The notes: generated from the sequence alone by a model not told the origin. DNA of 64,000 bases from a virus (IMGVR_UViG_2862830631_000005:14672-78671), one strand, 5' to 3'. Shown: positions 52,845 through 63,116, numbered from the stretch's first letter. Numbers and translations: made by a program.

Positions 52845-53323
52845 GAGTGCTCCGATTCCTCCCAGCCGGGATCGCCAGGATTGAAGTACGGGATCGCCTT
52901 GCCCAAGCCCATGGCCCGGACATAGCCGAGTGTCATGTCAAAATCGTCGCGGTAGGTGCCCTGAGTCCAGAGACCACCGCCAGGACGGAAACGCCGGAAG
53001 TAGGCGTACTCAACGTCCGTAAAGAAGCCCGGGGGATATGCTCGCTGATTCAACGACGCGGACTCGGGGCCCTTTACGTCGTAGATCACCTTCCGAGGAT
53101 TCTCGAACTCGCGCCGCGAGGCGGCGAGCACGATCCCCTTGACAGTCGGTGGGAGATCAGCAGCATCCCGATCGGGCCACATCTTGCCGGCGATGTCGCG
53201 AGCCCACCAGGATGCGTAACGGAGAATCATCTCCGCACGCGACACCTCATCAGTGTCGAACTCTTCGTTCATCCAGGTGGCAAGCTCTGCGACAGTGGCA
53301 AGCTGATCAGCCGAATCAGCCAC
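52841..53323 (-). CDS. head-to-tail adaptor
   Basis: LATVAEL...RREFENP; follows the capsid gene. Confidence 0.78.
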   Translation of the reverse strand: MADSADQLATVAELATWMNEEFDTDEVSRAEMILRYASWWARDIAGKMWPDRDAADLPPTVKGIVLAASRREFENPRKVIYDVKGPESASLNQRAYPPGFFTDVEYAYFRRFRPGGGLWTQGTYRDDFDMTLGYVRAMGLGKAIPYFNPGDPGWEESEHS

Positions 53324-53335
53324 TGCTACCCCCGG

Positions 53336-54487
53336 TTACGCTACGGTCAGTTCCCAAGTCTTGGTCACTCCACCAACCACTGCGGTGATGGTGGTGGTGC
53401 CAGCGGCAACACCAGTGACAAGACCCGCATCGACAGTCGCCTTGGTCGGATCCGAGGAGTCCCAAGTGGCCTCCCACGCGCGATCGTCGTCATGGTCATC
53501 AATCAGCGTCAGCTGGCGCGTGTTGTTGGCGCCAGCAGCCGCGGTCACAGCCCCGGTGTTACCCAGGTCGGTGCCGGCCGAAGTGATTGCCAGCTGCAGA
53601 CGCGTCGCGCGGACGAAGCCAGGATCGGGATCCACAACAGCCTTGTAGCCGCACCAGGTATCCACCAACGAGCGGTCAGTGGTCAGGCTCGAGTCGTAGT
53701 CACCCAGCCAGCGCAGGGCGACGCCGTTCTCCGAAGCGACAGCCGAAGTGGCCACCACATTTGAGAAAGGCTTGCCGGGAGCGCGGGTAACCATCACGAA
53801 GGCAGTCGGATGGAACAGGAACGCAGCGCCGTGAGGAATCGTGTCGACCACAACAACCTCGTAGTTCGCGATGCGACCGATGCGAGCAGTCTGCAGACGC
53901 GACGCGCCAGGCTCGCCGGCCGAGTCGTAACGCACGAAACGGTCATCGAGAAGCAAAGCCTCTTCCACAGCCGAACCAACCAGCAGGAAGCGACCCTCGC
54001 GGGGAACCTTGGCATCGTTCAGCTGACGGCGGGCACGGATCACGCCGTTGTAGATCGCGTCATCAGCAACCGAAAGGATCTGCTGATAAGGCGCATTCTT
54101 GATGGTGTCGGCGACGCCGAACTCCAGCTGCTCAGAAACCGAGCGCACCTGGCGTGGAAGAACATCCACTCCGAAGCTGCGCACGTCGAGCTCGCGCTCT
54201 TCGTCGGTCAGGGCGATCAGGTTGTAGACAACATCGGTCAGCTTGACATCGATGGTGGTCTCAGTCAGATCGCTGACCTGCATCAGACGGTCAGCGCCAG
54301 TGGCACGAAGCTGACGCGTGTGGGCGATGGTCGGCTGCGGGATACGGATGGTGATGGTATCGTTGTGCTTGCCGGCGAAGTCCCCTAGGCCGTCCTTCCA
54401 TACGTAGTATGGGAGCACAAGGTCTTCCTGCAGCATGCCGAGGATCGTATTGATGATCGCATTCGGCTTCACAAAGGCGTTTGCCAT
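53336..54487 (-). CDS. major capsid protein with C-terminal Ig-like domain
   Basis: DTITIRIP, LNDAKVPREGR; WDSSDPTKATVDAGLVTGVAAGTTTIT. Confidence 0.9.
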   Translation of the reverse strand: MANAFVKPNAIINTILGMLQEDLVLPYYVWKDGLGDFAGKHNDTITIRIPQPTIAHTRQLRATGADRLMQVSDLTETTIDVKLTDVVYNLIALTDEERELDVRSFGVDVLPRQVRSVSEQLEFGVADTIKNAPYQQILSVADDAIYNGVIRARRQLNDAKVPREGRFLLVGSAVEEALLLDDRFVRYDSAGEPGASRLQTARIGRIANYEVVVVDTIPHGAAFLFHPTAFVMVTRAPGKPFSNVVATSAVASENGVALRWLGDYDSSLTTDRSLVDTWCGYKAVVDPDPGFVRATRLQLAITSAGTDLGNTGAVTAAAGANNTRQLTLIDDHDDDRAWEATWDSSDPTKATVDAGLVTGVAAGTTTITAVVGGVTKTWELTVA

Positions 54488-54522
54488 TTGTTGCTATCCT
54501 CTAGGATCGAATTGATGGATTA

Positions 54523-55308
54523 TCAACGGCGCGTAGTCAAGCCGCCGTTCTTGCGGTCCTTGCGAATCTCTTCCAGAATCGACGCTGCAATCGCGTCGTC
54601 ACTGTCGTCGTCATCGGGACCGCCACCACCAGGTCGCAGGAAATTGGCCTCGTCCTTGTCGGACTCCCTGGGAGCCTTCGGCTTCGGTGCCTGCTTGGTG
54701 TGAGTACCGCTCTCACTCAGAGCGTCGAGTAGATCAGACATGTTCGTGCGGACAGTGTCCTCGTCACCATCGGTGACAACGAACTTGAGGAACTTCGCAT
54801 CCAAGCCAACCTCGTCGGCTAGATTGCGAATCATGGTCTCGCGCTCGGTATTCTGCTTGAATGCAAGGAGTTCAGCGATCTGCTGATCCTTGGCAGTCTC
54901 ACGAGCATCGCGCTTCTCAGCGTCGGTCATCGCAGCCTCTTCAAAAGGCTTCAAGCGCTCGACCTCTGCCTTAAGTGTATCACGTTCCTGCGTAACCGGA
55001 TCCAGCTTCGTCCTACGATCACGCGTCAAACGCTCGGTCACCATCTTGTTTCCCCATGCAACAGCGGCGTCCTTATCGGCGAACTTCCACCATTCAGCCG
55101 CCTCTGGAGGGGTGATCTCTGAAGCCGAATCAGGCTCAGCGACAGAGGAAGTCGATGTGCTGGCTGCGTCCCCGCCATCTGGCGATCCATCGGCTGCACC
55201 ATCTGGAGCACCACCGATCACAGGCCACACAGGACCGCGGGAAGTCATCCCAAGGGCGCGCATACCGGTAGTTGGGTGAATCGGCAAAACGGCATCGTCA
55301 TACATCAC
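54523..55308 (-). CDS. scaffolding protein
   Basis: Charged helical protein upstream of the capsid gene. Confidence 0.8.
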   Translation of the reverse strand: MMYDDAVLPIHPTTGMRALGMTSRGPVWPVIGGAPDGAADGSPDGGDAASTSTSSVAEPDSASEITPPEAAEWWKFADKDAAVAWGNKMVTERLTRDRRTKLDPVTQERDTLKAEVERLKPFEEAAMTDAEKRDARETAKDQQIAELLAFKQNTERETMIRNLADEVGLDAKFLKFVVTDGDEDTVRTNMSDLLDALSESGTHTKQAPKPKAPRESDKDEANFLRPGGGGPDDDDSDDAIAASILEEIRKDRKNGGLTTRR

Positions 55309-55357
55309 GTAATCTCATTTCTCCGAACGAATTTCGGCTGTTCGTCAACCGCCCTGG

Positions 55358-56455
55358 CTAGGTAGCCAGTGCATCTAGCTGCCCGCGAGTCCATTCGACC
55401 TGCGGGCTGAAAGGGGTAAACCCCTGCTCCTCAAGCGCATTCAATCGCTGCTCTAGGTCAATGCGCGCACTCTGTACGCTGGCGCGCTCAGCGGTGTAAG
55501 GCTCGTACGCCTTGCGGAACTCCTGAATGATCTTGTCGTTCGACTTCCAGTAGTGCTTCCGACTGATGTCGTCCCACATATCTCGGTAGTACAAAGCCTC
55601 AGCGTCCCAAGTTTGTGCATTCGAATACACCGGCCGCAGTTGGCAACGACAGTTGTCATGAACCTTCGCGACATTCGTGTATCCCTTGGGGAGCTCGCGC
55701 GCTTCAGGGTTGGCCTTGAAATCCCTGTCAGCCTTGGTAAGAGTCCCATTCCACTTACGGCGGCCACCCTGGTTGAACGAGTACTTCCGATAGACAGCCC
55801 CGCGCGAGGCGAGGAGCGCGCAGAAGTAGCATGGGTTTCCGTCAGTCACCCGGGCCCAACCAATGAGCCGCTCATCTCGTTCAGCGGTGCGCCCCATAGC
55901 ATTGCGCCCGCCGTTCATTGCGTGACGGATTCCAGCACCAGCGCTATTCGCCAACCCCGAGTACATCAAGTCAGATTCCTTGCCCGGCATCTGCGCCTTG
56001 ATATTCGAATTGCCCTGGATCGCCAGCGACGTAGAGGCGTCAGCCTCGGGGAATGGATCCAACTCCACCGGCTGCATACCATCGGATGGCGCGCTGGGGA
56101 TGTGGGTAGTCGCGAACCTCACCGCGGGTACACGGCCAGGTGACTCCACGTCGGGAACAATGATGGGCAACGGGTCAGCGGATCCGACGCTCGCGAATCG
56201 CACGTCCTCGATGAACACGGACGCCACACGCTGACTCTGCAGATATGCGGTCCTGACCAATGGGACTGCCGCGCTCAACCACAGTGGCGTGCTCAGGTCG
56301 AGTTCCTCGAACCGCTGAATCGCCCACACCGGGTATAGCGCAACAGCTAGTGCCGCAGCGATCGAATCCTGATCCTCGCGGTGTAGCAGAGTTCGATATG
56401 CGACGTACGCCTCAAGCGCGGAGAGTCCCTGGTCTTCCTCTACAGGGGCCGTCAT
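55358..56455 (-). CDS. capsid maturation protease/MuF-like head protein
   Basis: GWARV...CYFCALLASRG...HDNCRC. Confidence 0.8.
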   Translation of the reverse strand: MTAPVEEDQGLSALEAYVAYRTLLHREDQDSIAAALAVALYPVWAIQRFEELDLSTPLWLSAAVPLVRTAYLQSQRVASVFIEDVRFASVGSADPLPIIVPDVESPGRVPAVRFATTHIPSAPSDGMQPVELDPFPEADASTSLAIQGNSNIKAQMPGKESDLMYSGLANSAGAGIRHAMNGGRNAMGRTAERDERLIGWARVTDGNPCYFCALLASRGAVYRKYSFNQGGRRKWNGTLTKADRDFKANPEARELPKGYTNVAKVHDNCRCQLRPVYSNAQTWDAEALYYRDMWDDISRKHYWKSNDKIIQEFRKAYEPYTAERASVQSARIDLEQRLNALEEQGFTPFSPQVEWTRGQLDALAT

Positions 56456-57960
56456 GCCGCGGTCTTCGGCTGGCCGGTGTCGTTCCTGGTCGAAGGAGTG
56501 TTGCGGCTGGAGCCAGGTCGGCCGGCATCAGAGCCGCGCCCGAGTGAATCACCAGCAACTGGCTTGACACCCGCCACTTCGCGCAAGTACTTGTAGACCG
56601 GCTCGTCAGATAGGTAGTTGTCCTTCCAGCCCTTGACCTCGGACTGCTCGACACCAGGGATCTTCTCCCAGGCAGCCCACTTCGGAACCCCAAGCTGATC
56701 CACGATCTTGCCCCACGCATCGGCGAACTGCGCCAGCGATCGCACCTCAACGTCCTGCCAGTGCACGCGTGCATGGAAGTCGTCGGCATCCTCGCCACGA
56801 CCCTCAACGTATGCCGCCAAGCGCATGACCTGTGCATGCGACTCACCCATCACGGTCTGCTTCTCGAACAGGCGCTGGTAGGTCTGCCGGCGCGCGCCAT
56901 CCAACGCGTCAGCGGCAACGTTGACCACCTGGCCCAGAAGGTTCGGCGGAAGCTGCATCACGGCAGCGAACGTCTCCAGATCGGCCTTGTAGGCCGCAAT
57001 GAAGCCATCCATGGTGGTCTCATCGAGCGTGCCAAACCTGGCCTGCACGTCCGACGCAATGAGGATGTCCTCATTGGAGATACGGATCTTGTCCTGCTCA
57101 ACACCCTCGGGTGTGTCAGCCTGCTCGAGGCCAGTGGCCCACCGCACCTTGAAGCTGTTGAAGTGCTGCACCAGCAGACGATCGAATGCCGTCTTGTCGA
57201 TACGCGCAGCCAAGTCAATGACCGGCTCAACATCTGACCAGCAGCGGCCCTCAAGGTCGATCTGGTTGATATACCGTACGAACGGTGGCTTACCGTACTT
57301 GGTCTCGACCTCTTCACCGACCGAGAACTTGTTGCGAACGCGGGTCAGCTTGATGTAGTTACCGTCAGGTAGCCACCAGCGCCACTGCCCATTCGGCAGC
57401 TTCTCCAGCGCATACTCCGGGTACTCGTCCCCGTACGGATCCTCGTACAGTGCGAACACGCCCATGGGGGAGACGGCGCGCAACACCGCCATGTCACTGG
57501 TCGTGCCCTCGTCGGAATCGACAGTTCCGGACGTGACGCGCACATAGGCGTAGCCGAACGTCATCACAGCACGGTTGATGGCGATCTGCTGAGACCCCAT
57601 CTTGTTGCGATTCCAGGTCTCCCAGGACTTCTCGGCGTTCTCAGTCTCGCCGGCCTTGCGATATCCATCCACGATCATCTGCTGCGCAAACGTGGAGATC
57701 ATCAACGGAATCCACGGCGTGCGAGCCATCTTCTGCAACACAGCACGCTCAGTGTTCCGCTTCAGCGGCTTCACCTCAGGCTGCTTACCGGAGGCCCACA
57801 ACTCCAGGAATCGGAGCCGGTTCTTCTCGTTCTCAAACTCCGGGTAGACGGTCTTATTGAGGAACTTCTCCAGCTCCTTGCCACGCAGATCGCCATCCGG
57901 GAAAGTGATCGGGGCAGGGGAGTACTCAGGGATGAATGGGTCAAGATTGTTGTAGATCAC
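56452..57960 (-). CDS. portal protein
   Basis: 502 aa after the terminase; SPP1 gp6-like features. Confidence 0.92.
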   Translation of the reverse strand: MIYNNLDPFIPEYSPAPITFPDGDLRGKELEKFLNKTVYPEFENEKNRLRFLELWASGKQPEVKPLKRNTERAVLQKMARTPWIPLMISTFAQQMIVDGYRKAGETENAEKSWETWNRNKMGSQQIAINRAVMTFGYAYVRVTSGTVDSDEGTTSDMAVLRAVSPMGVFALYEDPYGDEYPEYALEKLPNGQWRWWLPDGNYIKLTRVRNKFSVGEEVETKYGKPPFVRYINQIDLEGRCWSDVEPVIDLAARIDKTAFDRLLVQHFNSFKVRWATGLEQADTPEGVEQDKIRISNEDILIASDVQARFGTLDETTMDGFIAAYKADLETFAAVMQLPPNLLGQVVNVAADALDGARRQTYQRLFEKQTVMGESHAQVMRLAAYVEGRGEDADDFHARVHWQDVEVRSLAQFADAWGKIVDQLGVPKWAAWEKIPGVEQSEVKGWKDNYLSDEPVYKYLREVAGVKPVAGDSLGRGSDAGRPGSSRNTPSTRNDTGQPKTAA

Positions 57961-59414
57961 CAGACACGTCCTCCTCGAGGCTTACCCTCATATGGCTTCT
58001 TCTCGGTGAGAGCCTCAGCCCGCTTCATGTTCAAGCCCCACAGGGCGTAACTCACGGCACAGACGCCAGTGATGTCGATAGTTGTGTCGGCGCGGGCCCA
58101 ACCCCAGCCGTTGTACTCATCCTCGCCGACCTTGCCGCCGATCATGTACTGGCGAGCACCAGCAAGACCCACCTTCAGGGAGTCATCCCCTAGATGGACG
58201 AGCGTCTCGTCTGTGCAGGAGTCGTAGAAGAATCCAGTGGCCCCCATGATCTCTCGGGTGCCGAACGGGATCACCTCAATGCCAAGCGCTTCCAGCTCGG
58301 GGATCAACGCGCCGGCCCGTCCGCCAGCCTGTACAACCACCGCTAGCGGCTGTTCACTGTTGATGGCCTTGTAGATCGAATCGACAGCCTCGACACACCA
58401 CGAGATGCCACGCCCGGACGACTCAACCTCGACCTGCTTGCGGCCGTCAGCTGTGTAGCCGGCGAGAGCGATAGATGCCTTCGATCGATCTGGGGCAGCA
58501 TCGACAGCGAGAACAATGCGAGAGGTGATCTTGGAGTCTGGGTCCTTCAGTGACTCCCACAGATCAGCGTCAATCGGGGCCTTGATCGAGGCGTCAGCCC
58601 ACAATCCGAGGCGTTCCCGAGCGAACTTCTTGTCATCGAGCGACCCGCGCTCAACTGATGCGATGTAGTCCTCATCGAGGCGAATGCCAAGCGCTGGGTT
58701 TGCCTTGTACCACTGCTCGCGGTCATCGAGCTTGCACTTCGGATCGGCGCACCACTCGAATAGCGCGATGCGCTCCTCGTGATTCATTCCGCGATCCCGG
58801 GCGCGCAGCAGCACCTCGGAGTCCTCATCGCCGGTTGAGGATGTGTAAATGACCTGTGGGTTCTTCCGCGCAGACAGCGCAGGGATGAGTGCGGCCATCA
58901 TCTCGGGATCCAAATCGTATGCCTCATCGAGGATTACGAGATCACCGGAGAATCCGCGGCCCTGGCCCTTTCCTCGGGCCTTGTAGAGCAGCCGCGCGCC
59001 GTTGTGAAGCTCAATGCCCACGTTTCCATTGCCGGAACGCTTCTGCTTGACATACTTGTCAAGGCCAGGGCATTCCTCAATGATCGCGCACATGCGCAAG
59101 TACGACTCGAACGCTGTATCGAACAGCTGAGCCGTGTGGATGATCAGTTTGGATCCGAACAGGAACAGATGCACCAAGGCCAAAGCCTCGGTAATCGCCG
59201 TCTTTCCATTCTGACGTGGGACCAGGAGTACGGCCTCCATCGAGGCCCACTTGCCAGTTACCGTCTCTCCCAACAAGTCCCGGAGGACAAGCTGCTGCCA
59301 CTCGTCTAGGTAGTAGCCGATGGCGTTGAGGAACGCGATGGCGCGGTCGCCGCGAGAGCGGACATACTCAGGCACCCAGTAATTCGGGGGTACTTGATTC
59401 CCGATTCGTCCCAT
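57957..59414 (-). CDS. terminase large subunit
   Basis: VPRQNGKT Walker A; VILDEA; KANPALG; RERLG. Confidence 0.95.
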   Translation of the reverse strand: MGRIGNQVPPNYWVPEYVRSRGDRAIAFLNAIGYYLDEWQQLVLRDLLGETVTGKWASMEAVLLVPRQNGKTAITEALALVHLFLFGSKLIIHTAQLFDTAFESYLRMCAIIEECPGLDKYVKQKRSGNGNVGIELHNGARLLYKARGKGQGRGFSGDLVILDEAYDLDPEMMAALIPALSARKNPQVIYTSSTGDEDSEVLLRARDRGMNHEERIALFEWCADPKCKLDDREQWYKANPALGIRLDEDYIASVERGSLDDKKFARERLGLWADASIKAPIDADLWESLKDPDSKITSRIVLAVDAAPDRSKASIALAGYTADGRKQVEVESSGRGISWCVEAVDSIYKAINSEQPLAVVVQAGGRAGALIPELEALGIEVIPFGTREIMGATGFFYDSCTDETLVHLGDDSLKVGLAGARQYMIGGKVGEDEYNGWGWARADTTIDITGVCAVSYALWGLNMKRAEALTEKKPYEGKPRGGRVW

Positions 59415-59438
59415 AGGGCGAACCGTCCGTTTCTTGGA

Positions 59439-59840
59439 TTACTCCGGAAGCGCGAAGTTAGCGATCAACTTGTCCAGCGTGGACTGGCCTTCCGTACCTG
59501 CCTCGGTATTGCCGAGTTTCAACTGCGCCAACAACTGACGCAGAGCGAGCCGCTGCTGGCGGATCTCGCTGATGATGGGGTTAACCACCAGATGCACCTC
59601 GGCGACTTCCATGCCGCCAGTGCTCACCTGAAGTGCGGTAGCGATGTCGTCGGACAACTTAATCCACTCAGTGGACTTGCCCTTCAGCATTCCGCTCAGG
59701 CGCTCGATGATGTCTGCGGTCCTGCATGCCTCAGCTAGGATGAAGTAACCGGCCGCATCAAACTCGGTTGACTCAGTAACGTCATCCCACAGCTTCTTAC
59801 CCCAGGGGTTAAGCCCCTTTGGTGGCTGCGGCTCCGACAT
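59439..59840 (-). CDS. terminase small subunit
   Basis: GKKLW...EACRTAD...NPIISEIRQQR. Confidence 0.8.
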   Translation of the reverse strand: MSEPQPPKGLNPWGKKLWDDVTESTEFDAAGYFILAEACRTADIIERLSGMLKGKSTEWIKLSDDIATALQVSTGGMEVAEVHLVVNPIISEIRQQRLALRQLLAQLKLGNTEAGTEGQSTLDKLIANFALPE

Positions 59841-60096
59841 TCATCATCTCCCGATACCAGGACCAGTGAGTGTCCTGTGCGTGTTCCCAGCCCGCGATGA
59901 GGCGGTGCAGCTGATAGTCCGGGGTCCGGTACTGGTCAGTCGCACACTTACGCTCATCCTCGGCCTGTAGCGAGTAGAGGCGCTGAAGCTCAGCAACATC
60001 AGCTGCGATGCATCCCTTGACATCCTCGAGCGACAGGCGGCCCTTCCAGATGGGCTTGACCTTCTCTGTGTCGAACGAAACGGATGGAGCGGGCAT
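59809..60096 (-). CDS. hypothetical protein
   Basis: GGAGGT RBS. Confidence 0.65.
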   Translation of the reverse strand: MPAPSVSFDTEKVKPIWKGRLSLEDVKGCIAADVAELQRLYSLQAEDERKCATDQYRTPDYQLHRLIAGWEHAQDTHWSWYREMMNVGAAATKGA

Positions 60097-60155
60097 ACTT
60101 CAGACCTCCCTGGCTACAGTATATCAGCAAACACGTTAGATGTGCTTTCAAAGAT

Positions 60156-60187
60156 CCTGTTTCACACCACAAGTCGTCTCGTAATGT
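60156..60187 (+). promoter_or_regulatory. putative promoter of the rightward operon
   Basis: CCTGTTTCAC-N16-TAATGT. Confidence 0.7.
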
Positions 60188-60242
60188 GACTCCACGAGAG
60201 CGTATGAGGAACACAGCCACATACCTGTTCCACGGAGGATGA

Positions 60243-60497
60243 GTGCGCGGATACCTAGACCAGAAACACCACGTCAGTGTCAAACACTGGGCGGTATCGA
60301 AGGTGACGAACAACCTAGGCGACTGGGATGAACGGCTCGTGGTCCCAGAGGGGATGCACTGGATCGTGATACCACCGTTCGGGACCTGTTTCTCCCCGGA
60401 CGTTGAGTGGTTCCCGACCGGCAGCCGAGCGCACGCATACCTTCAGTCCATGAAGAACGACCTCGACCTGAATCCGATTGGAGCTCAAGCGAAGTGA
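60243..60497 (+). CDS. hypothetical protein
   Basis: GGAGG RBS. Confidence 0.65.
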   Translation: MRGYLDQKHHVSVKHWAVSKVTNNLGDWDERLVVPEGMHWIVIPPFGTCFSPDVEWFPTGSRAHAYLQSMKNDLDLNPIGAQAK

Positions 60498-61012
60498 TAG
60501 GCGAGAACTTTCTCGATTTCAAAGCTTCAAATTTTGTCGATGTCAAAGCTTCATACGTCGAGAACTGCCTGGAGCCGCAAGTCGTTCGGCTGCGAGCACG
60601 ATCCGCTCTGCGCACCAAGACATTCGACACGCTAGTAGGGCGAGGAATGTCCGGTACGCTCCCACTCATGGCGACGGCAATGTCGCTCAAGGTGAACATG
60701 CTGGCAATCCGCAAGACTGGCACACAGTCACACTCGAACGGACTCGGCGAGGGCCGTCTCGGACTGCAGTGGGTCTTCTTCGATGACTTCATCTCCAGCG
60801 GAGCGACATTCGTTGAAGTGCACAAGGCGGTCAGCGCAATCGCCAAGCGAAACAAGTTCAAGACCGAGTGCGTCGGCGCGTTCCTGTACGAGGCGAAGCC
60901 ACGGAACCGGTTCAAGACGATCGAGGACCTTCGTCACGGCTACTGCCGCATCGGGAACTACCTGTCCGACCTGGAGAAAGCGCAGACGAAGAAGTGGACC
61001 GTGGCAGCATGA
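60494..61012 (+). CDS. phosphoribosyltransferase-like protein
   Basis: VGRGMSG; WVFFDDFISSGAT PRPP-binding loop. Confidence 0.8.
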   Translation: MIGENFLDFKASNFVDVKASYVENCLEPQVVRLRARSALRTKTFDTLVGRGMSGTLPLMATAMSLKVNMLAIRKTGTQSHSNGLGEGRLGLQWVFFDDFISSGATFVEVHKAVSAIAKRNKFKTECVGAFLYEAKPRNRFKTIEDLRHGYCRIGNYLSDLEKAQTKKWTVAA

Positions 61013-61266
61013 CGACGAAAGTCGACGCACCCAATGGGACGACGTGGCAAATCACAGTGCCTGATGCCACAACGATCACCGTCTGTTTGGTAGACCAAAC
61101 GTATTCCCCGCTGTGTGGAGTCATAGCCAGAGACACAATCGGAGTCGGCGCAGCAGACAGCGATGACAGAGTTCGACTCGCGATCGCATCCGCACAACTG
61201 CGGATGGTGCACAGGTACTACAGGAAACGGCGACTTCAGAAGCTGGTGAAGGAGTTCACCGAGTGA
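61009..61266 (+). CDS. hypothetical protein
   Basis: ATGA coupling. Confidence 0.6.
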   Translation: MTTKVDAPNGTTWQITVPDATTITVCLVDQTYSPLCGVIARDTIGVGAADSDDRVRLAIASAQLRMVHRYYRKRRLQKLVKEFTE

Positions 61267-61508
61267 AATGGATCAACGTCTCTGACGAGAACCCCGGATT
61301 CAGCGCCTACTACGCGAAGCCAGACGACAATCGCCTCTACGTCATCCGCCGCAAGAAGCCGACCGAAACCTACAAGTCGGTCATCTGGCGACTCTTCACC
61401 CGATCAGGCGGCGAACCGCTGCGCGTCATCTACACGTCGCAGACGTTGAAGCAGGCGAAGGCATTCGCCGACGAACTAGAGAAAGCAAGGGAAGGTGAGT
61501 CCGCGTGA
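61263..61508 (+). CDS. hypothetical protein
   Basis: AGGAG RBS; GTGA coupling. Confidence 0.65.
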   Translation: MKWINVSDENPGFSAYYAKPDDNRLYVIRRKKPTETYKSVIWRLFTRSGGEPLRVIYTSQTLKQAKAFADELEKAREGESA

Positions 61509-61741
61509 GCTACAAGCTTCCAGACAAGGAGATCGAGAAGATCCTCCGAATCGTCAAGACCAACTGTCAGATCCACATCGAGAACGTCAAGCGACTACCG
61601 CAAGACGCAGGAGATGAGAGCAGCTGGCACAGTCTCACATGCCGGGACTCTGTCATCAGTCACCTCACCTCCGCGATCGACGCGCTGGACCTGTATGCCA
61701 TGCAGCGTGGAGTCGAGATCCTGAGGACGATGCCCACATGA
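61505..61741 (+). CDS. hypothetical protein
   Basis: GTGA coupling. Confidence 0.6.
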   Translation: MSYKLPDKEIEKILRIVKTNCQIHIENVKRLPQDAGDESSWHSLTCRDSVISHLTSAIDALDLYAMQRGVEILRTMPT

Positions 61742-61911
61742 TGCCAGTCATCTGCCCAGCCTGCCTCACCCTAATCGGCTACGGCACAGAGGAGACGGCC
61801 CCCATGTACGCAGCGAGCCACACACCACTGTGTACGGCGACCGATGACGAGCGGGAGGCCGCCGCCATGAACATGCGATTCAAGACGATCATCAGCGGAC
61901 TCAACCTGTGA
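61738..61911 (+). CDS. small Zn-binding-like hypothetical protein
   Basis: CPAC...HTPLC. Confidence 0.55.
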   Translation: MMPVICPACLTLIGYGTEETAPMYAASHTPLCTATDDEREAAAMNMRFKTIISGLNL

Positions 61912-62060
61912 TCAAGGCAATCCGATACGGCATGTGGGGCGTTGTAGCTGTCGGGTGCATAGCCGGCTGCGTCAGCTGTGTTGTCGAGAAGCCAGTCGAC
62001 ACCCCCGACTTCCACGGAGACGACGTTCCCACAACGCTTGTGTGTACAGAAGTCGAGTAG
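61908..62060 (+). CDS. small membrane/lipoprotein
   Basis: MIKAIRYGMWGVVAVGCIAGC...; GTGA coupling. Confidence 0.5.
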   Translation: MIKAIRYGMWGVVAVGCIAGCVSCVVEKPVDTPDFHGDDVPTTLVCTEVE

Positions 62061-62080
62061 TCCAGCTAGACTGGCGAGCC

Positions 62081-62440
62081 ATGAAACGGATCCCCGTCGC
62101 GCTCGCCAGTCTGGCACTTCTCACAGCACCAACCGCTGGCGCAGATGAGATGGAAGATCTCTTTGACTTCGCCATGCAGGAGGCCGGCGTAGATATCCCG
62201 GGCTCCAAGGAACTCGAGCTAGGAGTAGCTAGGCAAAACTGTGAGCTACTGCGAGGCGGTGTGTCGCCACAGGCAGTAGTCACCAATGTGGTAGTTCTGT
62301 ATCCAACGCTTTCCACTGACGAAGCGATTACTTTCACACAAATGTCGGTGAATCTGCTATGCCCTGACCAACTTCAGATGGGGTACAGTCCTCGCTATGG
62401 CACGCGAGACCTTAGTCCGAATGTGGGACGACTTAGATAA
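62081..62440 (+). CDS. DUF732-like secreted protein
   Basis: Signal peptide APTAGAD; C..L.GG...F...SV..LCP. Confidence 0.75.
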   Translation: MKRIPVALASLALLTAPTAGADEMEDLFDFAMQEAGVDIPGSKELELGVARQNCELLRGGVSPQAVVTNVVVLYPTLSTDEAITFTQMSVNLLCPDQLQMGYSPRYGTRDLSPNVGRLR

Positions 62441-62822
62441 GAGCCAGTTAGCAGACACCACACGAGAGCTCGGCTGGGACGGTCAGATCTACGTCCTGGA
62501 CCTCACAGAGGAGCACGCTGAAGAGCTTCAGTCCCTTCTTCAGCCTTACCTCGATTCGGCGCACGAACGACTCCGATGGACTAAGGGCCGTCGTGGAGCA
62601 AGAGGCGCCACATCAGCTCCTGTAACGCAGTCAGGTAGAGGGACCTCCTCTTCTACCCGATCGTTCGGGGACAAAGAGACCCGTGCAGCAATCCGACAGT
62701 GGGGGCGGGACAACGGGTACGAGGTCTCCGATCGAGGCTTCCTTCCCTCTTCCCTTGTAGAGGCTTATCAGGAAGCTCACGAAAAACGCCGGCCGAGGGG
62801 CAGTCGTAAGCGTGCCCAATAA
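62397..62822 (+). CDS. lsr2: Lsr2-like DNA-bridging protein
   Basis: DDLD...DGQIYVLDL; AIRQWGRDNGYEVSDRG. Confidence 0.9.
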   Translation: MARETLVRMWDDLDKSQLADTTRELGWDGQIYVLDLTEEHAEELQSLLQPYLDSAHERLRWTKGRRGARGATSAPVTQSGRGTSSSTRSFGDKETRAAIRQWGRDNGYEVSDRGFLPSSLVEAYQEAHEKRRPRGSRKRAQ

Positions 62823-63102
62823 CCGCGCAGGTGACATAGACCCTCATTTCAGAATGTGTCGCGTTTTCGGTCACGCATGGAACTACACAACCGTTAAGCG
62901 CGACGGCCGCGACTTCATCCAGGGCCTAGCCTGCATTCGATGTGGGACTGAGCGCTATATCAGAATCGACCGGAGGACTGGTGAAGCGTCCGGAAGTCGA
63001 TATGCTTACCCGACTGGGTACCTTCTATCCGAAGGTGGCGCTCTGACCCCCAGGGAGAGGTCTGAATTGCGCCTCACTGAAGTAAGTACCCACGTCAAAT
63101 AG
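62812..63102 (+). CDS. hypothetical Zn-finger protein
   Basis: CRVFGHAW...CIRCGTER...YAYPTGY. Confidence 0.65.
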   Translation: MPNNRAGDIDPHFRMCRVFGHAWNYTTVKRDGRDFIQGLACIRCGTERYIRIDRRTGEASGSRYAYPTGYLLSEGGALTPRERSELRLTEVSTHVK

Positions 63103-63116
63103 ATAGGCGGTTAACG

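Noticed and set aside
16845-59414. Inteins or introns in helicase, terminase or portal
   Set aside because: Lengths are ordinary and no intein splicing motifs or frame breaks were seen
28240-60100. Long plus-strand ORFs antisense to structural genes (e.g. 50620..51588, 52847..53764, 49070..49849)
   Set aside because: Shadow ORFs expected from high-GC codon bias opposite well-supported genes
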